From Candidatus Eiseniibacteriota bacterium (GTDB lineage: Bacteria; Eisenbacteria; RBG-16-71-46), in assembly GCA_031364845.1 (NCBI GenBank), contig JANLWX010000067.1, positions 1 to 45,258 of the forward strand: a stretch of 45,258 bases of DNA, written 5' to 3'. The notes under the pieces are model-generated. The model was not told the DNA's origin, searched no databases, and saw nothing but the letters and a program-made list of their open reading frames with translations. Numbering within the stretch: the stretch's first letter is position 1; every line of letters starts with the position of its first letter. The translations under genes and the position numbers were made by a program. Of this stretch, positions 7,892 to 17,662 are shown piece by piece.

Positions 7892-9952
7892 TCAGCTTCG
7901 CGGAATCTTCAGCCGCTGGCCCTTCTGCACGCGGTTCGACTTGAGCCCGTTCGCGCGCTTGAGCTGCGTCAGCGAGATGTTGTTGCGGTCGGCGATCTCG
8001 CTCAGCGTGTCGCCGGCGCGGACCACCACGACGCGCGGCGCGCGGCTCTTCGCGGACTTGGATTTCGTGGCGAGCGTGGACTTCTTCCTGGCACCCGGCT
8101 TCGAAGCGGCGACGGACTTCGTGCTTTTCGCGGACTCGGCGACCGATGCGCGGGTCCCCGCGGATTCGATCGGCGAAGCCTTCTCCACGCCCCTCTCTTC
8201 AGTCTTGTCGGAGGCAACCGCCGGCTCGTCCGCGTCCTTCACGTCGTTCTTCTTCGAGCCCTGGTCGTCGCCCGAGGTCGCGGCCGCCACTGTTGAAGCG
8301 GGTGTCTCGTCGTCAGGCGCGCCGGAGGCCCCGGCCTCGGACATGCGGATCTTGAGGCGCGTGCCGCGCGCGACGGTGCCCGACTTGAGACGGTTCCAGC
8401 GCTTGAGATCGTCGACCGACACGCCATGGCGCGCCGCGATCGTCGACAGCGTCTCGCCCTTCTTCACGGTCACGACCTTGCGGCCTTCAGCGGTCGACTC
8501 CGCGTTGAGCGACTTCGGCGTCCGGATGTTGCGCGCGGGAACGTAGGCGGTCGAGGCGCGCGGATCGCTCGCTTCGAGCACCGCGGGTGAGGGCGCCTCG
8601 AGGCTCGCGGGAATCTTGAGCGTCATGGCACGGCGCAGCGGATGCTTCTTGCCGATGCCGTTGGCGAGCGCCAGCCGCTTCGCACTCACGTGGTACTGGT
8701 TCGCGAGCTTCTGCAGCGTCTCGCCACGACGGACCTTGTGCTGGATCGTGAGATCGACCGAGGGCAAGGCGCTTCCGGCAGCGACCTTCTTCTGGATCGC
8801 TTCGCCCTTGCCCTGCGGAACGCGCAGCGTCGCGATGCCGTCGCGTCCGCTCGCGGCGTGGTTCAGCACCTGCGGGTTCAGCTGCTTCAACTCCGCAACC
8901 GTGCAGTCGGCCAGCTTTGCGATCGTGCGCAGATCGACCGAACCCTTGAAGGCGACCTCGTCGAACTCCATCGGTTCGTCGAGCTCGACCGAGTCGAATC
9001 CGTATTTCGCCGGATCGCTCGTGATCTCGAGCACCGCCATGAACTGTGGAACGTAGTCCTCGGTCTGGCGCGGCAGGCGCAGGTCCCAGTAGTTGGACGT
9101 GCCCTGCGCCTTGATGGCGCGCATCACGGTGCCTTCGCCGGCGTTGTACGACGCGAGCGCGAGCGGCCAGTCGCCGAAGATCGAATACAGATGCTTCAAG
9201 TAGCGCGCGGCGGCGACCGTCGATTTCTCGGGATCCTTGCGCTCGTCGGTCCACTGATTCACCGCGAGGCCGAACAGCTTGCCCGTCGAACGCAGGAACT
9301 GCCACGGGCCGACCGCCGCCGACACCGACCGCGCGTTCACGTTGAAGCCGCTCTCGACGAACACCAGGTGCACGAGATCCGGCGGCAGACCTTCGCGCTG
9401 CAGCACGGAGCGGAACAGGTTCATGTAGCGGCCCGACCGCTTGAGCCAGCGTTCGAAGGTCGAGCGCCCGGCGCCGGTGAAGAACTCGACGTAGTGCTGG
9501 ACCTGTTCGTTCGACTGCGGCTGGATGCCGTCGGTCGCCGGCGCGTTGAGCGTGCGCTCGTCGGGCTCGTTGCCCGAGGCCTTGGCCGATTTCGCCGACG
9601 CGATGTCGCCCATGGTCGCTTCACGAACGCCGCTGATGCGCGACTGAAGTTCCGTGAGTTCGCGGCGGCTGGTCATGTCCGGATCGAGCGTCATCATCTG
9701 TGCGATGCGCGCGAGCGCGCGGTCGCAGATGCCGAGGGCGACCTCGAGCTGACCTGATTGGCGGCTCGTCCACGCGGCCTGATAGGCGGCGCGCGCGTTG
9801 TCGATCGCGACCTGCCAGGCGCTGACTGAGTCGGCCGACACCGAGACGGCCTCTGCGGCGGGCGTCGCCTCTTCGGCGCGCGCAGGGGAGGGGGCGGCCG
9901 AGATCAATATGGCAACGGCGCCGATCGCGCCGATCACGTTTCGGAAATGCAT
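7892..9952 (-). CDS. mltD: MltD-type lytic murein transglycosylase with LysM repeats
   Basis: Signal peptide 'MHFRNVIGAIGAVAILISAAPSPARA'; SLT motifs 'VFVESGF', 'AVGPWQF', 'LASYNAG', 'QTEDYV'; LysM repeats 'HKVRRGETL', 'TVKKGETL', 'VVRAGDTL'. Confidence 0.9.
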   Translation of the reverse strand: MHFRNVIGAIGAVAILISAAPSPARAEEATPAAEAVSVSADSVSAWQVAIDNARAAYQAAWTSRQSGQLEVALGICDRALARIAQMMTLDPDMTSRRELTELQSRISGVREATMGDIASAKSAKASGNEPDERTLNAPATDGIQPQSNEQVQHYVEFFTGAGRSTFERWLKRSGRYMNLFRSVLQREGLPPDLVHLVFVESGFNVNARSVSAAVGPWQFLRSTGKLFGLAVNQWTDERKDPEKSTVAAARYLKHLYSIFGDWPLALASYNAGEGTVMRAIKAQGTSNYWDLRLPRQTEDYVPQFMAVLEITSDPAKYGFDSVELDEPMEFDEVAFKGSVDLRTIAKLADCTVAELKQLNPQVLNHAASGRDGIATLRVPQGKGEAIQKKVAAGSALPSVDLTIQHKVRRGETLQKLANQYHVSAKRLALANGIGKKHPLRRAMTLKIPASLEAPSPAVLEASDPRASTAYVPARNIRTPKSLNAESTAEGRKVVTVKKGETLSTIAARHGVSVDDLKRWNRLKSGTVARGTRLKIRMSEAGASGAPDDETPASTVAAATSGDDQGSKKNDVKDADEPAVASDKTEERGVEKASPIESAGTRASVAESAKSTKSVAASKPGARKKSTLATKSKSAKSRAPRVVVVRAGDTLSEIADRNNISLTQLKRANGLKSNRVQKGQRLKIPRS

Positions 9953-10132
9953 GGTGCCGGTTCCCCGGGTGGTGGGTCTCAGCCCGTCTTGGTCAGGCCC
10001 TGTGGCCTGGCGAAAAACTGCCGATTCTACGCCGCTGGTGGTGAACCGCGTCCAGGCCCGGATACTTCCTGAGCCTTGACCAAGCCTGTTCCCCGGCCGA
10101 TGACCTAGGGGATCAGGTGAGGCTACTGAAGT

Positions 10133-10148
10133 CGGCATGCACGATGCA
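10133..10148 (+). promoter_or_regulatory. Possible sigma54 (-24/-12) promoter toward the PEGA gene
   Basis: CGGCATG-CACG-ATGCA: GG-N10-GC spacing, close to TGGCACG-N4-TTGCW. Confidence 0.35.
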
Positions 10149-10344
10149 ATGTCGAACTCTTGCATTGCCCGGCTAAACGCACAAGGAAGCGTCAAGACTG
10201 AGCGTTTGCAACGACCCGGGTCCATAGGTTCCGCAAGTCATGTGCCACCAAGTCCATCGCATGGATTGAGTTGCGTGGTCGAGTCGCCTACCCGCCGACG
10301 CGTTGGAAGACCGTCGCAGGGGGCCAAAGAGGGGGCCGATTTCG

Positions 10345-12582
10345 ATGAATGGCGTCGCGAGCTCGACCGGGAGATGGGTGGTTTCGGCCCGCCCCAGCGG
10401 TGAAGTTCTGGTCACCCGGGTGGATGCCGGTGAGATCTCGGTGGTCCGCTTCGGGAGCGGAGTCCTGACCGGGGACGAAGGCATCCGGCAGATGAGCGAC
10501 CTCATCGAGGCTTCACGCGAGGCCGCGAAACAGTCTCTGGCGTCCGGACCGATTCCGCCCCTGCTCCATCAGACGCTCGCGCGGTTGCTGGCGCTCGAAG
10601 TTTCCTCGAACGGTGGAGCCCTGATCGTGTTCGACGACGGTCAGCTGGCGACCGTGGCCATGGTCGGAGACGTCAGCACTCGGCTCCAGCTGGACGGCGC
10701 CGAGGCCCGGCGGCCGTGGATCCGCGTGCGTGACCGCTCGGGACACGAAGCGCGCGCTTATCCTATTCCCGCAGACGGTCACTCGGTGTTCGCCCTGCAG
10801 TGGCCCAAGAACCCCCAACCCGGACAGCCAGGAATCGAGATCGACGCCTGCTGGCCGATGCCGAGCGTCGATTCGGCGCGCGACGCGGCTTCGGCCGAGG
10901 CCGCAGGCTCCTCAGTCCTCAAATCGTTCATGGCGCCGGCCTCATCCGTGGCGGCCGACGACGATGGCTCTTCGGAAAAAGAGGGATTCCTCCAGTGGTT
11001 CGATCGCATGCGCGGCCGCCGCTCCCAGGGAACCGAAGAAGCGGAAGCCGCAACCGAGCGAATTCCTCCGAGTCCCGAGCCCGAGTGGCTGACCGGGTCG
11101 GCCGTGAGTGCTCCGGCGGCGGAACCCGAGCGCGACACGCCGCCTTCGTTCGAAAGCGCTTCGGCGATCGCCGGGGCGAGCGCGCCGCGCTCTTCCGAAG
11201 TCATGGCGCAGCCTCAGGAGTCGCCGCGGGGCGATGCCACGCACCACCGTGGCCACGATGAGGCGCCACAGGTGCCGCACACCGAGGCCGAGCCGTGGTC
11301 CGCAGCAGCGGATCCCGCCGAGGAACCTCGGGCCTCGACGACCCCCCGGCGCCTCTCATGGCCCGAGCCGGAATACGCCGAGGAATCGCTGTGGAAGAAG
11401 AAGTGGCCGTGGGGTGCGCTCGCGGTGGTTGCACTGTGCGGCGCAGTGCTGCTCGTGAATTTCACTCAGCGCGCATCGTCTCCCGGCAAGTCATTCGTCG
11501 CGCCGTTTGGTGCGCGCTTCACGGTCACCATCAACAGCCGGCCGCCGGGAGCGTGGATCGCCATCGACGGCAAGGACACCGGACGCCAGACGCCCTCGAC
11601 GCTCGAAGTTTCTCCGGGCAAGCATCAGGTGACGCTGTCGATCGCCGATCGCGGTTCGGCCTCCGTTCCCCTCGAAGGTGAGCCCAATCAGCGCACCTCG
11701 ATCGATGCCGCGCTCTACGGCGCGGTGCGCATCTCGTCCACGGACGCGCGCGTCCCGGTCAAGATCACGCTCGATGGACTCGAGCGCGGCTACGCCCCAT
11801 TGCTGGTCGAAGATCTGCTGCCCGGCCCTCACGAGGTCCGCTTCCGCGCGCCGGGAATGGATCCGTGGGCCGAAACATTCGACCTGCGTATCGGCGAAAC
11901 CCACGACATCGTCGCGCGGCAGTTCACGGTGCCCGACAAGGGTGTGCTCGAGATTCGCGCGACCACCTCGATCGACGGCGCCTCCGAGAAGCTCAAGGGC
12001 GCGGCCGTCTACATCGATGGCGAAGCCCGCGGAACCACTCCCGTGCGTGTCGAACTGTCGCATGGGCCGCACAGCATCCGGCTTTCCTATAAGGGCGAGG
12101 ATCTACCGGTACAGGTGATCGATCTGCCAGGAGGCAACCATCTGTTCGCCGACTTCGCGTTCGGCACCGGCAAGGAATCACCGCGCATGATCCAGACATC
12201 CTCGACGGGTTCGCTCTCGCGCGAGCAGCCGGCGGTGGTGTCGAGCGCGATCACCGGCATCGCCGAGTCCGACCTGCGCGAGATGTGGCTGCACGTGCGC
12301 TCGCCCGATCGGACGTGGAAACGCTACGAGATGACCTTGCTGCGCGCCGACGGCGGCGTGGTCGGCGTCGCGGTGTTCCCGCCGGCCATGATCGGGTCCG
12401 ACGGCAGTGCCGTCTACTACATGAGTGCCGTGATGCAGGTTGGCGACGAGTACTTCACCGAGCTGCGATCCGGCCGCAGGGAAACGAAGTCGGCGCCGCG
12501 AGCGCAGAAAGCGGTGCGGGCCCCTGCCGAATCCGAATTCGCGGCTCCGGCAACGCCGTCCGCAGGGGCGGAAACGCCGTGA
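10345..12582 (+). CDS. Single-pass membrane protein with PEGA domains
   Basis: TM 'WGALAVVALCGAVLLVNF'; PEGA repeats 'INSRPPGAWIAIDGKDTGRQTP', 'ITLDGLERGYAPL...PGPHEV', 'GAAVYIDGEARGTTP'; ATG 10345 after GAGGGGG. Confidence 0.85.
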   Translation: MNGVASSTGRWVVSARPSGEVLVTRVDAGEISVVRFGSGVLTGDEGIRQMSDLIEASREAAKQSLASGPIPPLLHQTLARLLALEVSSNGGALIVFDDGQLATVAMVGDVSTRLQLDGAEARRPWIRVRDRSGHEARAYPIPADGHSVFALQWPKNPQPGQPGIEIDACWPMPSVDSARDAASAEAAGSSVLKSFMAPASSVAADDDGSSEKEGFLQWFDRMRGRRSQGTEEAEAATERIPPSPEPEWLTGSAVSAPAAEPERDTPPSFESASAIAGASAPRSSEVMAQPQESPRGDATHHRGHDEAPQVPHTEAEPWSAAADPAEEPRASTTPRRLSWPEPEYAEESLWKKKWPWGALAVVALCGAVLLVNFTQRASSPGKSFVAPFGARFTVTINSRPPGAWIAIDGKDTGRQTPSTLEVSPGKHQVTLSIADRGSASVPLEGEPNQRTSIDAALYGAVRISSTDARVPVKITLDGLERGYAPLLVEDLLPGPHEVRFRAPGMDPWAETFDLRIGETHDIVARQFTVPDKGVLEIRATTSIDGASEKLKGAAVYIDGEARGTTPVRVELSHGPHSIRLSYKGEDLPVQVIDLPGGNHLFADFAFGTGKESPRMIQTSSTGSLSREQPAVVSSAITGIAESDLREMWLHVRSPDRTWKRYEMTLLRADGGVVGVAVFPPAMIGSDGSAVYYMSAVMQVGDEYFTELRSGRRETKSAPRAQKAVRAPAESEFAAPATPSAGAETP

Positions 12583-12649
12583 CCATCGGATGATCGTCAT
12601 GTGAGTTGGGCGGCCGCGTTCGGTCGCAGATCTTGCGGCAATTCGAGCC

Positions 12650-15127
12650 GTGCACGTGTCCTTCGTTCGCGAAGACACTGGCACGGCTCTTTCGCTGTGC
12701 GGAGTCATGGGAGGTCGCAGCGCCGTCGGCATCGTGCTGATCGTCTGGAGCGGAATGCTCGCGTGCGGGCACCGCCCCGTCGATGGCCGCGTACTGCTCG
12801 CGGTCGCGTGCGGGGCGTGGGTGCTCGCAACCTGGCTCGTGCTCGCGAGCCGTCGTGCGCCGATGCGAAAGCCCATCGTCGTGCCCGCCGACGCTGCGCT
12901 GGCCATTGCCCTCGTGCTCGCGGGCGCGGCGCGCGCGGCGGGCCATCGAGAAGTCGTCGCATGCCAGCGGAACACTCTGCCGCTCGCGCTCCACCGGATC
13001 GAAGCCCGGGTGGCCGAACCGCCTTTGCGCGAATCGGGCATGCCGTCGGCGACCGTGCGCATTCTGACGAGCACACCGCCGTTGATGCTCGGATCACGGC
13101 TGCGTCTATGGCTTCCGCCGGGTTCGACCGCCGAGTGCGGCGATCGCGTTGCCGCCATGGTCGCGATCGATCCGCCCGGGCTCGCGCGCAATCCCGGCGG
13201 CCGCGACCCGCACGCGAGTGCGGATGCCGCGGGCATCATCGGCTGGGGGCGCGCGCTCTCGGCGACGGTGCTCGACTCGACGTCCGCCGCGAGCTGGCCG
13301 CGCGCGACCTCGGCGCGCTGGCGGCGCGAGATCGAGGCGGTGTTCGCGCGCCGGCTGTCACCCGTTGCACGCGAGATCGTGACGCCGCTGGTGGTAGGGG
13401 ATCGCACCGCGCTGTCGAGCGAGCTCGATGCTGCGTTCCGCGCTGCGGGCGTCGTTCACCTGCTCGCGCTCTCGGGTCTTCACGTGACCTGGATGGCCGG
13501 CGTCGGACGCGGACTCGTCGCGTTGCTCGGTGGCGGCGTGCGTGCGCGCGCGTTGGCGGGAGCGGTGTGCGCCGTCCTCTATGGATTGGTCGCCGGCCCG
13601 CTGCCCTCACTCGCGCGCGCGGTCGCGACCGAATGCTTCGTCGCCGGTGCCGCGCTCACGCGACGCGCGCTCGATCCCGTGCAGGCGCTGGCGCTGAGCG
13701 CGCTCGCCGCACTCGCGCTCGCGCCGGGCTGGGCATGGGATCTCGGATTCCAGCTTTCGTGCGCGGCGACGCTCGGGCTGGTGACGATCGGCGCCGGACT
13801 TTCGCGGGCCGCCGCGGACATGCGCGGGCTGCGGCGCGCGCGTCACGTCGTCGAGCTCGTGATCCCGACCGCGAGTGCTCAGATCACGGCCCTGCCGCTG
13901 CTGCTCGCGCGACTGCATGTCGTCTCGTGGGTCGCGCCGTTCACGAATCTCGTCGCGGTTCCGATCTCGGGATTGCTGCTCGCCGCAGCGTGGCTCGCGG
14001 CGGTGTGGGAACTCGCATTGCCCGGGACCGCGCGCCTGCCGTTCGCCGCATGCGAAGCGCTGGTGCTCATGCTGCGGTGGGTGACGGAAGCGGGGGCGGC
14101 ACTTCCGAGTGCCGCGATCTCGACTGGCGCCGGTGTGGCACCCGCGTGCGTCGCCGCGATCGGTGCCGGCCTGCTGGCGAGTGCGATGCTCCCGCGGCGA
14201 ACGCTCATCGAAGGCGCGGGTCCGTCCGATGCCGCGCGAGCCGGCTGCGCCATCGCGGGTGCGGCGTGCGTCGCGGCGGCGCTGATCGTGACTTCGGGAT
14301 CGCGTCCGATACTTCCGCGGGCCGGAACCGCATGGATCGTCACGCTCGACGTCGGGCAGGGCGATGCGATCGCAGTGGCAAGTGCCCGCGGGTGGTGGCT
14401 GTTCGATGCAGGGCCGAAGAGTCCCCGCGGGGATTCCGGCGAGCGCTACGTGGTGCCGTTCTTGAGGTGGGCCGGTGTGCGCGCGCTCAACGGTGTGGTC
14501 CTGACGCACGACGACTCGGATCACACCGGCGGCGCCGGCGCCGTGTTGCGGGCGATCGGAGCGCGGCAACGATTCGCGCCGCCCGCGCGCCCCGATGCCG
14601 CGGGGCCAGGCTTGCGATACCGCGCGACGCCGATCGCGCGCGGCGACACGCTGGCGCGCGACCCTTTGATGCGGGTGCTGTGGCCGCCGCGCGCGATGCC
14701 GGCCGGATGGAGCGACAACCACGCCGGCGTCGCGGTCGAGGTGTCGTGCGACTCGATCCGCGCGTTGCTGATCGCGGATCTCGACACGCTCGCGGAGTGC
14801 GCACTCGATGTGCGCCCGGCGCGCGTGCTCAAAGTGGCGCACCACGGCTCGCGCACGTCGACCGCGGTCGAACTGCTGGAGCGCGCGCGTTTCGAACACG
14901 CGGTGATCTCATGTGGCCGGCGCAATCGCTACGGCCATCCGCATCCGCGCGTGCTCGAGAAGCTCGCCGCCGCCGGTGTGCGGGTTCATCGCACCGATGA
15001 GGTCGGGGCCGTGTGGCTCGAACTCTCGGCCGAGGGCGTGCGCGTGATCGACTGGCGCGCGGGATTGCGCGCGTTGCGACCGGGAAGCGTGGGTGTCGTG
15101 CCGCGCGCACCGGCGCCGCGAATGTAG
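12650..15127 (+). CDS. comEC: DNA internalization competence protein ComEC/Rec2
   Basis: 'RNPGG' OB region, 'HLLALSGLHV', 'GFQLS', 'LDVGQGDA', 'THDDSDHTGG', 'KVAHHGS', 'NRYGHPH'; start uncertain (12650 or 12707). Confidence 0.93.
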   Translation: MHVSFVREDTGTALSLCGVMGGRSAVGIVLIVWSGMLACGHRPVDGRVLLAVACGAWVLATWLVLASRRAPMRKPIVVPADAALAIALVLAGAARAAGHREVVACQRNTLPLALHRIEARVAEPPLRESGMPSATVRILTSTPPLMLGSRLRLWLPPGSTAECGDRVAAMVAIDPPGLARNPGGRDPHASADAAGIIGWGRALSATVLDSTSAASWPRATSARWRREIEAVFARRLSPVAREIVTPLVVGDRTALSSELDAAFRAAGVVHLLALSGLHVTWMAGVGRGLVALLGGGVRARALAGAVCAVLYGLVAGPLPSLARAVATECFVAGAALTRRALDPVQALALSALAALALAPGWAWDLGFQLSCAATLGLVTIGAGLSRAAADMRGLRRARHVVELVIPTASAQITALPLLLARLHVVSWVAPFTNLVAVPISGLLLAAAWLAAVWELALPGTARLPFAACEALVLMLRWVTEAGAALPSAAISTGAGVAPACVAAIGAGLLASAMLPRRTLIEGAGPSDAARAGCAIAGAACVAAALIVTSGSRPILPRAGTAWIVTLDVGQGDAIAVASARGWWLFDAGPKSPRGDSGERYVVPFLRWAGVRALNGVVLTHDDSDHTGGAGAVLRAIGARQRFAPPARPDAAGPGLRYRATPIARGDTLARDPLMRVLWPPRAMPAGWSDNHAGVAVEVSCDSIRALLIADLDTLAECALDVRPARVLKVAHHGSRTSTAVELLERARFEHAVISCGRRNRYGHPHPRVLEKLAAAGVRVHRTDEVGAVWLELSAEGVRVIDWRAGLRALRPGSVGVVPRAPAPRM

Positions 15128-15180
15128 ACTCGCGCGGATCCGGAGACCTTCGGGCCGCTTGCGGGCGGCGGCGGGGGCAA

Positions 15181-15654
15181 CTACAGACTGTCGCTGCCGG
15201 CGCGCGGCCCCCGAACCGAGTCGCCGCGGACGTCGGTATCGTGCGCACCCGCGATGACGAACGGCAGCGTCCCCTGGACCAGCGGAAACTCGACCGGCTC
15301 GGCGGCCGGAGCTCGACGGACGACGGATTTCGGCGCGTGGGGGAGTGCCGCGACGATCAGAGCGCCGGCGAGCGCCGCCGCGACGGCGATCCACGCCGGC
15401 ACGCGGCGTTCGAGGATCGTCCGCGGCCGACGATTCGCTTCATGGAACGCAGCGGACAGTCGTGCGCGCCATTGCGGCCGCGGTTCGAACCGGTCGTAAC
15501 GCGCGTCGGCGGCGAGAACGTGCAACTGTTCTTCCTCGATGCGGCAAGCCGGGCACGAGAGCAGATGTTCGCGGAGCCGCGCGGTGGCGGCATCGTCGAG
15601 ATCCCCGAACACGTGTTCGGTCAGATGCTGCCTATATTCGGAACATGGGGTCAT
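15181..15654 (-). CDS. Zinc-finger (zf-HC2/ZAS) transmembrane anti-sigma factor
   Basis: 'HLLSCPACR' HxxxCxxC; TM 'WIAVAAALAGALIVAAL'; ATGA overlap with the ECF sigma. Confidence 0.85.
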   Translation of the reverse strand: MTPCSEYRQHLTEHVFGDLDDAATARLREHLLSCPACRIEEEQLHVLAADARYDRFEPRPQWRARLSAAFHEANRRPRTILERRVPAWIAVAAALAGALIVAALPHAPKSVVRRAPAAEPVEFPLVQGTLPFVIAGAHDTDVRGDSVRGPRAGSDSL

Positions 15655-16226
15655 GATCCCGCACTCCTCGTTCGGGAGGTACTGCGGCCCGCCGCGAACT
15701 CGACGAGCCTGCGCACCGCGTGATGCATGCGTGATTTTACTGTCCCCGGAGGAACGCACAGGATCCCGGCGATCTCGTCGATCGAGAGTCCTTCGCGCGC
15801 CCGAAGCAAGAACACCGCGCGCTGTTCGTCCGGCATGGTCGCTAGGCCCGCGTCGACGATCCGCCGGCGCTCGCCCGCATCGGCTTCCGCGGCCGGGCCC
15901 GGCGCTTCGACATCGGCGATCTCCAGCACCGCCGAGTCGATGGGAGTGGTCCGCATCAGCCTGCGCCGGCGCAGCTCCGTCATCGCCAGATTCGTCGCGA
16001 TCCGGAACACCCACGCGCGAAACGCGCCGCGTTCCTCGTAGCGGTCGATGCTCCTCACGACCCTCAGCATCGTCTCCTGCACCAGATCCTCACTCAGTGC
16101 TTCATCCCGCACGAGGCCTCTCAGGTATCGCATGAGCGGCAGAGCATGCATGGCGTAGAAGCACTCGAACGCGCGATCGTCCTTGCGGCGGATGAGGCGC
16201 GGTACGTCCTCGTCAGAAAACGCCAA
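15651..16226 (-). CDS. ECF-family sigma70 factor
   Basis: Region 2 'EDLVQETML...FRAWVFRIATN', region 4 'LSIDEIAGILCVPPGTVKSRM'; TTG start with GAGGA RBS. Confidence 0.93.
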   Translation of the reverse strand: MAFSDEDVPRLIRRKDDRAFECFYAMHALPLMRYLRGLVRDEALSEDLVQETMLRVVRSIDRYEERGAFRAWVFRIATNLAMTELRRRRLMRTTPIDSAVLEIADVEAPGPAAEADAGERRRIVDAGLATMPDEQRAVFLLRAREGLSIDEIAGILCVPPGTVKSRMHHAVRRLVEFAAGRSTSRTRSAGS

Positions 16227-16236
16227 GGATTCCTCG

Positions 16237-17472
16237 TCACATTCCGAGTCGGGTTTTCCACCGTTCCAGCTCCGGGGAGCCGGCGTCCCATTCGCTCCAT
16301 TGCTTCACGAGTTCGCGGGTGTATTCGCTGCCATGAAAGTGCCCGAGCGCGACCGCGCGGGCCATCGCTTCGCTCGCGTCAGTCTTGCGCTTCGCGCGGT
16401 TCGATGCGAGCGCCAGCTGAAGCTCGGCCGCGGAATAGTTGAGCATCATCTGGCGAACACTCGACCACGCGTTCCAGTCCATCGACGGACTGGTCGCGGT
16501 TTCCAGACGGTACACGCGGCGCAGGTTCTTCTCGAGGCGTTGCAGATCCACCTCCATGCCCGCGACCGTGCGCGGCGTCACCCGGTAGACGAGTCCCTCA
16601 AGGGACAAGGTGTTCGGAAACGGCGTCGCGAGCTGCACGGTGCACGCGACGTACAGGGGACGCTTCCAGCCGTCGCGCGCCAGATTATCCAGCAGTCGTT
16701 CGACCGCGACGCGGCTCGCGTCGTCCCGGCCCTCGAGTTCGTCGACGGGAACCGAGAGCGGTTCGCGCCTCAGCTCGCGGCGAAACCATGCGAGATTGAG
16801 CAAGCTGAGGTTGACGATCGCCACATCGGGCCGCAGCTTGCGTCCCGCTTGCAGGGCGATCGCCGGATACGTGTCGTTGTCGCCGTTCGTGAGCAGGATC
16901 GCCGAAGGCTCGAGGCCCACGAGCAGGTTGTGCGCATAGTCGAGCAGCGGCTCCGGAATTCGCCCGCGGTCGAGGAGCGAGGTCAGCTCGCGAGCCGCGG
17001 CCTCACGCTGGCCGAGTGACAGACGCATGACCCACAGCCGGACGTGCGGATCATCGTTGTTCGGATCGATTGCGAGCGCCTTTTCGAGCAGCCGGATCGC
17101 GGCATGCGGATCACGCGGCTGCCCGTCGCAATAGACCGACCAGCTCGTCGCACCCAGGGCTTCGGCGGCTTCGGCATTGCGCGGATCGGTCCGGTACGCG
17201 CGCTCGGCGTACTTCACGACTTGGGAGCACGGCGCACCTGTGTAGCGGGCGAGACGCGACCGCTGTGCCCACCCGGTCGCATCATTCGGATGCCGTTCGG
17301 TGTAGCGCTTCCATTGGGATTCGAGTTCCCGGTAGCGATCCGGCGTCAGATAGCGTTTGCGCTGAGGCTCGACATGTTCAGGCCGCGCGGCCTGGAGCGG
17401 GGCCGCCGCGTGGGCAGCGGGCATGCAGGCCAGCAGCACGCCGACGATCAGGATGGATCGGATCCGGGTCAT
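16237..17472 (-). CDS. Secreted TPR-like protein with a DUF2723/TMEM260-like C-terminal segment
   Basis: Signal peptide ending AAHA; helical repeats 'LLEKALAIDPNN'; motif 'AHNLLVGLEPSAILLTNGDNDTYP...RPDVAIVNLSLLN'; GAGGA RBS. Confidence 0.75.
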   Translation of the reverse strand: MTRIRSILIVGVLLACMPAAHAAAPLQAARPEHVEPQRKRYLTPDRYRELESQWKRYTERHPNDATGWAQRSRLARYTGAPCSQVVKYAERAYRTDPRNAEAAEALGATSWSVYCDGQPRDPHAAIRLLEKALAIDPNNDDPHVRLWVMRLSLGQREAAARELTSLLDRGRIPEPLLDYAHNLLVGLEPSAILLTNGDNDTYPAIALQAGRKLRPDVAIVNLSLLNLAWFRRELRREPLSVPVDELEGRDDASRVAVERLLDNLARDGWKRPLYVACTVQLATPFPNTLSLEGLVYRVTPRTVAGMEVDLQRLEKNLRRVYRLETATSPSMDWNAWSSVRQMMLNYSAAELQLALASNRAKRKTDASEAMARAVALGHFHGSEYTRELVKQWSEWDAGSPELERWKTRLGM

Positions 17473-17627
17473 GCGTCCTCGACAATCATGGAATACGGGC
17501 AGGGGTCTCAGCCGGACCGGAAGGCGATTTTCCTGCGCCGCCCGGTTCGAATCTAGAACGAACGAGCCGGCATTTGGTTCATCGAAATCGTCCTTCCGCA
17601 CCCAAGGCTCGAAGGTGTCTCGCGGCC

Positions 17628-17657
17628 TTGCCCGTCCGTATCCCCGATGGTTACATT
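17628..17657 (+). promoter_or_regulatory. Sigma70-type promoter for the purN-initiated gene run
   Basis: TTGCCC (17628-17633) N18 TACATT (17652-17657), ending 5 nt before GTG 17663. Confidence 0.45.
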
Positions 17658-17662
17658 GCCTC

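Noticed and set aside
17473..17662. ZMP/ZTP or purine riboswitch upstream of purN, or a clear ECF promoter on the minus strand
   Set aside because: Diagnostic motifs not found by eye; the candidate promoter abuts the purN start
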